Below, piece after piece: positions 49,685 through 58,943 of a stretch of 64,000 nucleotides of DNA; the first letter of the stretch is position 1, and every line of letters starts with the position of its first letter. This DNA comes from a bacterium (GTDB taxonomy: Bacteria > Electryoneota > Electryoneia > Electryoneales > Electryoneaceae). A program made the translations under genes and the position numbers. The notes under the pieces are model-generated. The model did no database searches. It was not told where the DNA came from and was given only the letters and a program-made list of their open reading frames with translations. The DNA lies in NCBI GenBank assembly GCA_963669175.1, contig OY769902.1, forward strand, positions 1,824,001-1,888,000. The letters run 5' to 3'.

Positions 49685-49886
49685 AGCAGGCTTTAGCCTG
49701 CTCCTCTTAGCCCCCGGCTTTAGCCGGGGGGACAGGTAAGGAGTTATATCGAGCGCCCTTCAGGGTGCTTGCCAGATACGTGTTCTTTCATCCCATGCAA
49801 GCACGCTGAAGCGCGCTCAATTTCGTGATTGTTTTGTCTCCACCCGGCTAAAGCCGGGTGCTAAGAGGAGCCTGCTGAAGCAGGCT
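49685..49886. repeat. REPIN/PATE-like palindromic element family A, copy 2 (intact, 202 bp)
   Basis: agcaggctttagcctgct, cccggctttagccggg, gagcgcccttcagggtgctt and their inverted counterparts. Confidence 0.88.
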
Positions 49887-49905
49887 AATGAATTCCAATC
49901 AGTGC

Positions 49906-49986
49906 ATGCTTCCGAATACGCATATGCATTTCGAATGCAAATGCTTCCGAATACGCATATGCATTTCGAATGCAAATGTTTCTGAA
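49906..49986. repeat. 35-bp direct repeat, two copies plus partial, internally palindromic
   Basis: atgcttccgaatacgcatatgcatttcgaatgcaa at 49906 and 49941. Confidence 0.9.
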
Positions 49987-50088
49987 GGCGACTCTAACAA
50001 CACCCAGTATCATCAAATAACAAAATAGTAAACCGCCCGCCGCCTTCAAACGGCAACGGGCGGAAAGATAGTGTTTCAAGTGACAGGA

Positions 50089-50583
50089 TCAGCCTTCGCG
50101 AGCGCCGAGTTCCTTGTCCATCATGTACAGGCCGCCCTTGAAATCCTTCATCAGTTCCAGCTTGTTGATGATGGCATCGACGGAGGATTCTTCCTCGACC
50201 TGCTCGTCGACAAACCAACCCAGGAAAGATTCTGTGGGGAGGTCTTTTTCTTTGCGGGCCTGGTGGACCAGGTCATGGATGTTCTTGGTGATGTACTGTT
50301 CATGCTTGAACGCATCCTGGAAGACATCCATCACGCTCTTCCACTCAGCCTGCGGCTTTTCCATGGCATCCAATTCGGCCTTGCCACGAACCTCAAAGAT
50401 GAAATCGTAGAACTTGCGGGCATGGGCCATCTCTTCACCGGCCTGCTTGGCCATCCAGTTGGCCATGCCGTCAAAATTCTTATCCTTCAGCCATGCGGAC
50501 ATGGACAGGTACAGGTACCAGGAGAAGAGTTCTCGGTTCATCTGGGCGTTAAGCGCCTTCTGCATTTTTTCGGATATCATCAT
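50089..50583 (-). CDS. ftnA: Non-haem ferritin
   Basis: LNAQMNRELFS..LYLSM, EEMAHA, HEQYIT, FLGWFVDEQVEEE. Confidence 0.93.
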   Translation of the reverse strand: MMISEKMQKALNAQMNRELFSWYLYLSMSAWLKDKNFDGMANWMAKQAGEEMAHARKFYDFIFEVRGKAELDAMEKPQAEWKSVMDVFQDAFKHEQYITKNIHDLVHQARKEKDLPTESFLGWFVDEQVEEESSVDAIINKLELMKDFKGGLYMMDKELGAREG

Positions 50584-50670
50584 CGTTCTGTCCTCCAAAT
50601 CTATGTACTGCTTTGTTCAACCGAATGTATCTGAAATGTGATCTATCACAACCTGTCCGGTTTGACAGGG

Positions 50671-51111
50671 TTATGCGTAGGGGTAAATGTCCTTCTTCAC
50701 CTTCTCCAGGGCTTCGAGCATATTGTTATGCTTCTCTTCGTCCATGAGGAGGTAGTTCAACAGGTAAATCTGCGGGGTCAGGTGCTTGGCGCCCTTCAAC
50801 TGGCCCATGATTTCTTCCGCAAACTCGATGGTCTTCTTTTCAATCTCAATGTGCTCTTCAATCAGATCCCAGACCGACGCCACATCTTCCGGGGTCAGCG
50901 AGAACTGCTTGGATTCCACGCTGTCAATGATCAACTGCTGCAGGTGATAGTGCATCTGGGAATCACGCTGGATGATCTCGGCGACCATATGCAGCAACGG
51001 GTGATCGGTCTTTTCCATGATACGGCCGGTTGAGACCACGGACGCATTTTCAATTTTCTGCCAACGCTTCAAATTGGCGACTGCCTGCTCTGTCTTTTCC
51101 TTTGTAGACAT
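50671..51111 (-). CDS. Ferritin-like four-helix-bundle protein
   Basis: IE…DSQMH, IEIEK…DEEKH pattern; GGGAGG RBS before MSTK. Confidence 0.75.
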   Translation of the reverse strand: MSTKEKTEQAVANLKRWQKIENASVVSTGRIMEKTDHPLLHMVAEIIQRDSQMHYHLQQLIIDSVESKQFSLTPEDVASVWDLIEEHIEIEKKTIEFAEEIMGQLKGAKHLTPQIYLLNYLLMDEEKHNNMLEALEKVKKDIYPYA

Positions 51112-51268
51112 GGGTGCCTCCCTTTTTTTTACTTGTAAATGAATTCTTTGTTTCAAACTAACAAAGCGACCAAATTTCAAAACGACCCGTTTGTTGGCAA
51201 GTTTATCCAGTGGAAAACTACTACCCTGTCCGGCAGAAAATCCCTTTGGATTTCCTCCTCCAGCCGTC

Positions 51269-51664
51269 TCAGGAGCCTTGGCACTGGTCGCAAATACCCT
51301 GAATGATCACTTCCTGCCCGGTAATGGTCCAACCCGGCACCTTGATGTCATCCAACTGTGTGGGTAACTCCACTTCCATGACATCGACCAGACGGTTGCA
51401 CTTCGTACACTGTACATGAAGATGCGGTTTGACATCACCATCGTACCTGCGTGGCATGCCACCGTGATCAATCGTGCGAATCTTGCCTTCACCGGTCAAC
51501 AACTCCAGGTTTCTGTAAACTGTACCCATGCTGATCCGCGGTAAACGCTTCTTAACCAGCAAGTACAGTTCATCCGCTGTCGGATGAGTGCGCAACTTGC
51601 ACAATTCCTCCAGCAATACCTGGCGTTGCCTGGTCATCCTTCGCTGTTGACTGTTTTCAATCAT
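51269..51664 (-). CDS. Fur-family transcriptional regulator, PerR-like
   Basis: RMTRQR, HPTADEL, ISMGTVYRNL, HLHVQCTKC, C-terminal CDQC. Confidence 0.92.
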   Translation of the reverse strand: MIENSQQRRMTRQRQVLLEELCKLRTHPTADELYLLVKKRLPRISMGTVYRNLELLTGEGKIRTIDHGGMPRRYDGDVKPHLHVQCTKCNRLVDVMEVELPTQLDDIKVPGWTITGQEVIIQGICDQCQGS

Positions 51665-51676
51665 GGCCTTATCGCT

Positions 51677-51695
51677 ATCAGTAACTGTTCCTAAT
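51677..51695. promoter_or_regulatory. Candidate PerR-type operator (autoregulation)
   Basis: Imperfect 19-bp palindrome ATCAGTAAC-T-GTTCCTAAT, 12 bp upstream of the start; resembles the AWnAGnAA-nnn-TTnCTnWT boxes of deltaproteobacterial PerR. Confidence 0.6.
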
Positions 51696-51891
51696 AAGTG
51701 AAAATTTCAGTCCGATTTCAATAGCTGTTTACAATTTGTTCTCTCAAGAGAGACACTCTTGTCGGTATAAGTCCATGAGGATGCAAACTTAAAGTGATTA
51801 TTCAGAAAAAGGTAAATTTCCATTTAAGTTTTTCCGGGGAAAGCCGATAATGGAGATGAGGGCAAAGGGAATTCAAACGAGAGATCGTCCC

Positions 51892-52869
51892 ATGAACAGA
51901 ACAGCCACAAGTATACTACTGGTTATGGTGCTTGCCTGTGTGGCGGTAGCACGTGACTGGAACATCCGGTTTTCAGAGGATTATGATCCACGCCAGCAGA
52001 TTCGTCTGGTAGTGATGCCTACTCAGATATCGACCAAGTTGAAACGGGTTGAGCCGCGAACCGTATCCGCATTGCTCTCGACAGAACTTTTGCGTGAATA
52101 TGATGTTCTCGATTTAACTCGCTTCGAGAAGTACCTGGCGGATCGGAAGCTGAGTTCGCTTGAGCAGGCGTTCAGTGTCAAGGGGCAGCCTGTGGTGATT
52201 GACAGCGCTTCGCTGGACGCCATCACGAATATTGAAGTTTATCGATGGGATGAGGGTGTTGCTGGGAACATCCTGTCCGCACAGAAGGGATCGATCGGTG
52301 TCCGTGTCACGCTGACAGAACCCTATTCGGGGACAGTGTTGTGGAGTATCAACCTGCTGGACAAGGTGAAGGGCGGGTCTGATTTCCTGGTTGCCATTAC
52401 AGGAGTATTCCGTGACCTGGTGAGTGATCTTCAGAAGGAAAATGAACGTCTGGCCAAACGTCTGGACAAGCAGGACGAGCTGGCTGCCAAAGCGCTGGAT
52501 AAAGAAGCGGACCGTCTTGCACGTGAACGTGAAAAAGAAGAAGAGGAACGTGAGCGTGAACGGCTGGCTGAGGAAAAGCGCCAGAGTCAGATACTGGAGC
52601 GCGTTGCGATGGCGGAAGGCAGTATGTTCAAGGATATCAAGGAAGCCAACGAAGCTGCACCGATATTGAAGGAATTCAGCTTCATGACTGAACCGGTTGT
52701 GGTGGATACTGTCGAAGTATCGACTCCATTGCCATTCTATTACCAGAACGGTGAGGACAAAGCTGTAGACCGTGTAGAAAGGCGGAGACGCAGGCCGACG
52801 AGCATGTCTAAACCCGAAGAGGAGAACACCAAGGCGACCAGCGTAAAGAATGGCAACAGCCCGGGGTAA
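51892..52869 (+). CDS. Secreted hypothetical protein (possibly CsgG/LpoB-like N-domain) with charged coiled coil
   Basis: Signal peptide MNRTATSILLVMVLACVAVA; V.L.EP.SG.VLWS; EREKEEEERERE stretch. Confidence 0.6.
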   Translation: MNRTATSILLVMVLACVAVARDWNIRFSEDYDPRQQIRLVVMPTQISTKLKRVEPRTVSALLSTELLREYDVLDLTRFEKYLADRKLSSLEQAFSVKGQPVVIDSASLDAITNIEVYRWDEGVAGNILSAQKGSIGVRVTLTEPYSGTVLWSINLLDKVKGGSDFLVAITGVFRDLVSDLQKENERLAKRLDKQDELAAKALDKEADRLAREREKEEEERERERLAEEKRQSQILERVAMAEGSMFKDIKEANEAAPILKEFSFMTEPVVVDTVEVSTPLPFYYQNGEDKAVDRVERRRRRPTSMSKPEEENTKATSVKNGNSPG

Positions 52870-52891
52870 AAGAAGCGAAATTATATTTCAC

Positions 52892-52924
52892 CGAAAAGAG
52901 CGGCTTGTCCGCTCTTTTCGTTTT
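52892..52924 (+). terminator. Intrinsic (probably bidirectional) terminator
   Basis: cgaaaagagcgg/ccgctcttttcg followed by tttt. Confidence 0.85.
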
Positions 52925-52983
52925 CAGATGTTAAAGCTGTAAAGAATGTTGTACATTGTATCAGAACAAAAAGGGACAATTTA

Positions 52984-53727
52984 ATGCAGGCGCTTTCGGT
53001 TGACGCATTTCGTTTCATGCAGGATTTGTATGACAATAACAACAAGGCCTGGTTTGATGCGAACCGCGAGCGTTATATCAGCGCCATTCGTGAGCCAATG
53101 AAATACCTGGCTCGCACACTTACCGGTCCAGTCAGTCTCGCCGTTCCCACATTCTCCGGTAAAGTAAAGATCTCAAGAATAAACAACGATATACGCTTTC
53201 ATCACGATAAACCTCCCTACAAGGAACACGTCTGGATTTCATTTGGAGATGTCACCCCGGACAGCCCGGCAGATCTATTCTGCGCTATTGGCAAAAATGG
53301 CTGGGTGTTTGGCGCCGGAATAGCTTCATCCAAACGGAAATTAATGGATCCCTGGCGTTTGAACCTGATCAGGCATGCTGATATCTGGTTAAAGTACTTC
53401 GATGTGCTGAAAATTCGTTCCGAGATGGATCTTTTCCTTGAGAACCCTTATAAAAAACAATTATATAGTGATACGCCGAAAGAGCTGTTTGAATTCGTGC
53501 AGGCTCGTAGCGCCTGGATCGTAAGCAAGCCGGTTGCCTGTTTTGAAAAGAGTCCGGAAGCGGATTTTTTCAGGGGGCTGTGTTTGATTCTGCCGGCTTT
53601 CTACTTCATGAATTGTGTTAGCGGTGATCTCATGGAAAAGCTATCAGCTATTGGTGAACTGATTGATCCGCCGTCTGAGGATGTTGAAGAGGTTTGGCAG
53701 GCTGTCCAACAGGAAACACGGAGATAA
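52984..53727 (+). CDS. DUF2461-family protein
   Basis: NNNKAWFDANRERY, RINNDIRFHHDKPPYK. Confidence 0.8.
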   Translation: MQALSVDAFRFMQDLYDNNNKAWFDANRERYISAIREPMKYLARTLTGPVSLAVPTFSGKVKISRINNDIRFHHDKPPYKEHVWISFGDVTPDSPADLFCAIGKNGWVFGAGIASSKRKLMDPWRLNLIRHADIWLKYFDVLKIRSEMDLFLENPYKKQLYSDTPKELFEFVQARSAWIVSKPVACFEKSPEADFFRGLCLILPAFYFMNCVSGDLMEKLSAIGELIDPPSEDVEEVWQAVQQETRR

Positions 53728-53740
53728 TCGGGACTTCACG

Positions 53741-56119
53741 ATGGATCTCAACCATAAAACCAAAGAAGAACTGATCGCCATGTTGCAGGAGATGCAGCAG
53801 GATATGGATACTCTGTCAAAAGTATCCATGGAAAAGGCGCATTTTGCCTGGGACATTCTTGATAGTATCAGTGACGGGTTTATGACACTGAATAGCAACC
53901 TGGAGATAACCTATTTCAACCATGCTGCGGAGAATAGTACCGGCGTCAAACGCGAGGATGCGATAGGAAAACATGTCAAGGAAGCGTTTTCCTTTGCGAA
54001 CATCAGCGTCGCTGAAACCAGTTTCAAAAAAGCCCTGGAAACTGGCGACCCGCAAACCTATGAGATTTTACGTGATAATGAACAATATGGTAACTGGTAT
54101 GCAGTTCGAGTGTGTCCTTATGAAAAGGGCTTATCTGTTTACTTCCAGGTAATCACAGAAAAAAAACTGGCCGAGCAGGCGTTATTAACACGTGAAGAGC
54201 AGTTTCGTGCCCTGGCGGAACTGGCGCCGATTGCTATTGTCGTTCATCGCAATAAGATGATCAAGTACATGAATGCTACCGGATTACGCTATGTCAGGGC
54301 AAGATCCCTTTCCGATGTTCTGGGTAAATCGATCCTCGATTTTATTGCACCGGAATACTTCGATGAAGTTTACGAACGGTACAGTAGATTAGAGCAGATC
54401 GGTGATTATTTCACCGGCGTCGAAGAAAAACTGGTCCGCATGGACGGGACACTTTTTGATGTTGAAGTACAGGGGAAGGTAATTCCGTTTGGCGGTGAAC
54501 CTGCTGTCCAGTTGATTATCCAGGATACTTCAGAACGGAAAGAGGCGATCAGAGCTCTCAAGGAAAGTGAAGAGCGGTTAAAACTGGTGCTAACGGCAGC
54601 AGAAGTTGGCACCTGGGACTGGGATGTTCAAGCTGGAAAAGTTAGCTACGATAAAAACTGGGCAGCCATGATCGGATATCAGGTTGAAGAACTCGCACCC
54701 AAAATTTCCACATGGTATGAATTGCTGCATCCTGATGATGCTGGTCCCGCAAATGAAATGCTGGAAGAACACCTTTCCGGGAAAACGGAACTCTATGAAA
54801 CCGAATTCAGAATGCGGCACAAGGATGGACGATGGAAATGGATTCATACCAAAGGGAAAGTGATTGAATTCTCTGATGATGGCAAGCCGTTACGTGCGAT
54901 AGGCACGCATCTCGATATTTCAGAACGCATAAAGCACGAGGATGAGCAGAAGCGTCTGGAAGAACGGATGCAGCATGCACAGAAACTGGAAAGCCTTGGT
55001 GTTCTGGCCGGTGGTATCGCGCATGATTTCAACAACCTGCTGGTAGGCATACTGGGTAACGCCGAACTGGCTTTGCCGGATATCCCGCTTTCCTCATCTG
55101 CCTACCAATGTGTTCGTGAAATTTCCCGTGCAGCGACTCGTGCCGCAGACCTCAGTCGGCAAATGCTGGCCTATTCAGGTAAAGGGAAATTTGTAATTGA
55201 GACAATTCTCCTGAAAGACATTATCGAGGAGATGTCGTCAATATTTCGAGCTTCCGTGCCAAAGAACATCTTGATCAGGTTGGATTTTGATCCTGCCACG
55301 CCACGAGTTGATGCAGACATCACTCAACTGCGACAGGTATTAATGAACCTGGTAGTGAACTCGGGGGAAGCGATTGGTGAGAAGAGTGGGATCATCAGTA
55401 TTCGCACGGGATTGCTGGAATGTGACAGTCAATACCTGGAAGGAATGTACCCGGGCACGGAACTGAAACCCGGTACCTACGCTTTCCTGGAGGTGTCTGA
55501 CAACGGGGAGGGAATGAACAATGATACTCTTTCGAAAATATTTGATCCCTTCTTCACCACAAAATTTGTCGGTAGAGGATTAGGTCTTGCTGCTGTACTG
55601 GGGATTATTCGTGGCCACGATGGAGGTATTAAAGTTTACAGTGAGCCGAAATCCGGAACATCGTTCAAAATATTGTTGCCTGCAACGAAGCACGTTGAAG
55701 AAGAATCAAGTGAAAGCTACGAGAATACAGTTCGATACCAGGGATCAGGAGCTGTACTGATTGCTGACGATGAGCAGACAGTCTTAACTGTAGCTTCCAA
55801 AATGCTGACCAAGATGGGTTTTTCCATCCTGTTGGCAGAAAATGGCAGGGAGGCGCTGGAGGTCTTCAAACAGCACAGGGATGAAATAGCTGTCGTTCTG
55901 CTTGACTTGACGATGCCGCATCTTGATGGTGAGGCTGTATTCAGCCAGATGAAAGCCCTGCGTCAAGATGTGAAGGTAATCCTGACCAGCGGCTACAATG
56001 AGCAGGATATTATGAACAGATTCTCCGGTAAGGGATTGGCCGGATTCATTCATAAGCCATTTAAATTTAAAGATCTGGAAGATGTTCTTCGTCAGGTGCA
56101 GAGTACGCCTGATCATTGA
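53741..56119 (+). CDS. Cytoplasmic hybrid histidine kinase (three PAS domains, HisKA, HATPase, REC)
   Basis: PAS/PAC motifs (HPDD, RHKDGRWKW), LAGGIAHDFNNLL, FDPFFTTK, GRGLGLA, DLTMP. Confidence 0.93.
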   Translation: MDLNHKTKEELIAMLQEMQQDMDTLSKVSMEKAHFAWDILDSISDGFMTLNSNLEITYFNHAAENSTGVKREDAIGKHVKEAFSFANISVAETSFKKALETGDPQTYEILRDNEQYGNWYAVRVCPYEKGLSVYFQVITEKKLAEQALLTREEQFRALAELAPIAIVVHRNKMIKYMNATGLRYVRARSLSDVLGKSILDFIAPEYFDEVYERYSRLEQIGDYFTGVEEKLVRMDGTLFDVEVQGKVIPFGGEPAVQLIIQDTSERKEAIRALKESEERLKLVLTAAEVGTWDWDVQAGKVSYDKNWAAMIGYQVEELAPKISTWYELLHPDDAGPANEMLEEHLSGKTELYETEFRMRHKDGRWKWIHTKGKVIEFSDDGKPLRAIGTHLDISERIKHEDEQKRLEERMQHAQKLESLGVLAGGIAHDFNNLLVGILGNAELALPDIPLSSSAYQCVREISRAATRAADLSRQMLAYSGKGKFVIETILLKDIIEEMSSIFRASVPKNILIRLDFDPATPRVDADITQLRQVLMNLVVNSGEAIGEKSGIISIRTGLLECDSQYLEGMYPGTELKPGTYAFLEVSDNGEGMNNDTLSKIFDPFFTTKFVGRGLGLAAVLGIIRGHDGGIKVYSEPKSGTSFKILLPATKHVEEESSESYENTVRYQGSGAVLIADDEQTVLTVASKMLTKMGFSILLAENGREALEVFKQHRDEIAVVLLDLTMPHLDGEAVFSQMKALRQDVKVILTSGYNEQDIMNRFSGKGLAGFIHKPFKFKDLEDVLRQVQSTPDH

Positions 56120-56285
56120 TTCTTGTTCCTCGCTATTTCTTTGGGTACACATAACAAGATACAGACACTATATGTGCCTTCATTGATGCATCTTATTGTG
56201 TGGCGACAATCCACTTCCAAGTGATGACAGACTATTTCCCTACCCCGATCCCGAAGGGATCGAAAATGCGACTAAATCTGTAAGA

Positions 56286-56529
56286 AAATCGGGACTGCTA
56301 CACTTTTCTGCAAGTGACATTATCTGATTACAAGATTAGTGTCGGGTTGTATACATAAAAACTGACCTTCATAGCGTAAACAAATAGCAGAAAAGGTAGC
56401 TGTCCCAGGATTTTCGGCTTATCTCGAACAACAAGCTGGCGAAAAATCTGGTACAGCTACCTTTTCGGTAACTCTTGCTTAATAATCAATATTTGACAAA
56501 GATGAAAAAGTAGCAGTCCCATTTTTCGC
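56286..56529. repeat. Double-hairpin palindromic element family C, copy 1
   Basis: Four conserved arms (aaatcgggactgctacacttttctgc; gcagaaaaggtagctgtccc; gaaaaatctggtacagctaccttttc; gaaaaagtagcagtcccatttttcgc) shared with 60163-60400. Confidence 0.85.
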
Positions 56530-56622
56530 TGCCACCCCAATCGTCGTTTTCTTGCTGGCCATTGACACTTCTCCCCATACGAAACAGCAAGGCGCTATAA
56601 TTCTTCTACAATCACAGTTTTA

Positions 56623-58227
56623 TCAGTTTGAAGGCTGAAGCGGGAGCTTCACTGTGAACAGTGTACCGTCGCCCTGCTTGCTTTCTATGGACACTACGCC
56701 ACGATGTGCTTCAACGACTCGTTTTACAATCGCCAGCCCCAACCCGCTGCGGCGTGTTTTTCCATGTGTGACAAACGGATCAAAAATGAACGCCAGTTTG
56801 TCACGTGGAATACCGATTCCCGTATCACGAATACTGAACCACCATTCACGGCTGTCCGCACCGGCTTCGATACGGATATCGCCACCGTCCGGCATCGCCT
56901 CGGAAGCATTCAGGATCAGGTTCTCCAGCACTCTGCCGATACGGTCATGGTCGAACATGGCGTGAGTATCGCCAAGTTTGAGACTGGTGCGAATATGGAC
57001 CGGGTAGCGTTGGATCAGTTCACGTAGCACAACCATCCGGTTGGTAAAAAAGTCATTTAACGGGTACGATTCCAGCATAAGGCTGGCGCTGCCACGAGAA
57101 AAATCGAGCACTTCCTGTGTCATCGCCATCAGGCGATCTATCTGGCCGACAATTACCCGTGAAAATTCCTGAATCTCCCTGTCCTTATGGGTCAGCGCAA
57201 GGGCTTGAGTTTTGCCACGAATCAGGTCAATCGGGTTTTTCAGGTCATGGACCAGGGCCGCCGCGAAATTTCCCAGTGCAGCCAGTGATTGCTGACGGGT
57301 GAATTCCGCGCCTTTCTGCGCGCGTTGAATGGCGAGGGAAGCATGAACGCTGATATCACGGATAAACGCTTCATCATCACGAGTGAAACGTCCCGTATTC
57401 TTGTTCAACAACTGGATAATGCCGATGATCTTGCCCTCCGGATTGCGGAGCGGCATGGTCAGCAGGGAGCGGGTCAGAAATCCGGTCAACTTGTCAAAGC
57501 TGTAGTCGAATCGTTTGTCCGTGTAAGCATCTTCAAGGTTGACAGTCGCGCCAGTAATTGCGACATCACCAGCGATTCCCTGGCCTATCGGGATGCGTAT
57601 CTCATCAATTTGTTCATCCTGCATAACACGTGTACGCAGGTCGCCAGAGTCCTCATCCACCAGGTAAATGGTGCATTTTTCCGCGCCGGTATGTTGAATG
57701 GCCGCGGTCCAGATTTCACGCAGAATATCATCGAGGGACAGGGGGGAATTCAGCGCCTGGCTGACTTTCATTACCGCCGCATGACGATGATGATGAAAGA
57801 GCAAACGTCGTGTTACGGCATCGTAATCATGGAATGTGCGTGGCAATACAATGCTGGAGAAAGCGATGGCCGTATCCGGATTATCGTCCATCAATTGCCT
57901 GAAGGTCTGCCTGGTTAGCATCCAGCCTTTGACCGGTTCGAGGGCTACGGCTGTTGTGGGAGATCGAAGGCCCAGCAGGGTGGATTCGCCCATCCAGTCG
58001 CCCGGATGTTTGGTCAAAGGTTCCATGGGACTCAGGTCTTCGGGGGAATCAGAGAAATTCTCCCGGGCGCTTCCTTCTTCCAGGAAATAAATCCCGCCGG
58101 TAAACATGCCTTCCCGGTACAGGATTTCGTCCGCATCAAGGACAAACGGTTGAAAGTTTTGCTCAAGCAACGCTGCGTTGTTCTCACCCAACTGTGAAAA
58201 CTGAGTGCTGATGAACTGCTTCTTCAT
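56623..58227 (-). CDS. Sensor histidine kinase with cNMP-binding and GAF domains
   Basis: LYREG…GD.MGE (cNMP); GIAG.VA, D.RF…D..TGF.TRSLL.MP, NK…F…DE (GAF); HDLKNP, FDPFVT, GLGL. Confidence 0.9.
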   Translation of the reverse strand: MKKQFISTQFSQLGENNAALLEQNFQPFVLDADEILYREGMFTGGIYFLEEGSARENFSDSPEDLSPMEPLTKHPGDWMGESTLLGLRSPTTAVALEPVKGWMLTRQTFRQLMDDNPDTAIAFSSIVLPRTFHDYDAVTRRLLFHHHRHAAVMKVSQALNSPLSLDDILREIWTAAIQHTGAEKCTIYLVDEDSGDLRTRVMQDEQIDEIRIPIGQGIAGDVAITGATVNLEDAYTDKRFDYSFDKLTGFLTRSLLTMPLRNPEGKIIGIIQLLNKNTGRFTRDDEAFIRDISVHASLAIQRAQKGAEFTRQQSLAALGNFAAALVHDLKNPIDLIRGKTQALALTHKDREIQEFSRVIVGQIDRLMAMTQEVLDFSRGSASLMLESYPLNDFFTNRMVVLRELIQRYPVHIRTSLKLGDTHAMFDHDRIGRVLENLILNASEAMPDGGDIRIEAGADSREWWFSIRDTGIGIPRDKLAFIFDPFVTHGKTRRSGLGLAIVKRVVEAHRGVVSIESKQGDGTLFTVKLPLQPSN

Positions 58228-58241
58228 GAAAGGTCCTCGAG

Positions 58242-58694
58242 TTACTCTTCCAACTTTTTTCTTGCCAGCAATTTGGTCTCGATCAGCTCTTCATGGCTGA
58301 GGTTCAATAAGCGTTGAAACTTGTGAACGAGGTAATCTTCCTGTGGATCGAGCCGACCATCGGAAAGAATGACTGTCCACAGTTCCTGGAGAAGGTCGCA
58401 TTTTTCTTCGCGCTTCAGTGTTTCGTTTATACGACGGGTAAACGGGAAAAGGTCCAATTCCGCTTTTACGGCCTCTTCAGCCTCGCTAAGAACCTGATTC
58501 GCGTCGTTTTTATCCATGTTGAACCGTTGATGCAGGATGTCAAATACAAACCCACGCTCGTCTCGGGAGAAATCTCCATCACTGCGCGCTGCTTCCAGCA
58601 GAAGCGCACTGATTGCCAGGGACAGGTCTATTTTATTGGCGGCTGTAGTGGATGAACCGGCGCCGGTGAGGAAAGCCTTCAGTCTGGATAACAT
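58242..58694 (-). CDS. TerB-family (tellurite-resistance-like) protein
   Basis: ALLLEAARSDG.F…E, LW.V..SDG.LD..E. Confidence 0.85.
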   Translation of the reverse strand: MLSRLKAFLTGAGSSTTAANKIDLSLAISALLLEAARSDGDFSRDERGFVFDILHQRFNMDKNDANQVLSEAEEAVKAELDLFPFTRRINETLKREEKCDLLQELWTVILSDGRLDPQEDYLVHKFQRLLNLSHEELIETKLLARKKLEE

Positions 58695-58943
58695 GGAATT
58701 ACCTGAATCTCAGGGTTAACGGCTACTTTTACCTTGCCTTTGCAAAGTAAGCTAGTTCAATGAAATGGTCAAGCTGTCTGTATTCCTGAAAGGTGGAGCA
58801 GTAGCAGGTTCATGCAGAAATGTAAATGGACAGAGCAACACAAGCGAATGAATAATGGAGTCCCCCGGGAGAGAATGAATTACTACACAATAGTAAGAAA
58901 TGATTGTTATTTTATAGCAAGGTCAACAAAGGGGCATGAGGCG

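Noticed and set aside
48932-51111. Encapsulin cargo system
   Set aside because: No encapsulin shell gene in the window and no recognisable GSL-type targeting peptide
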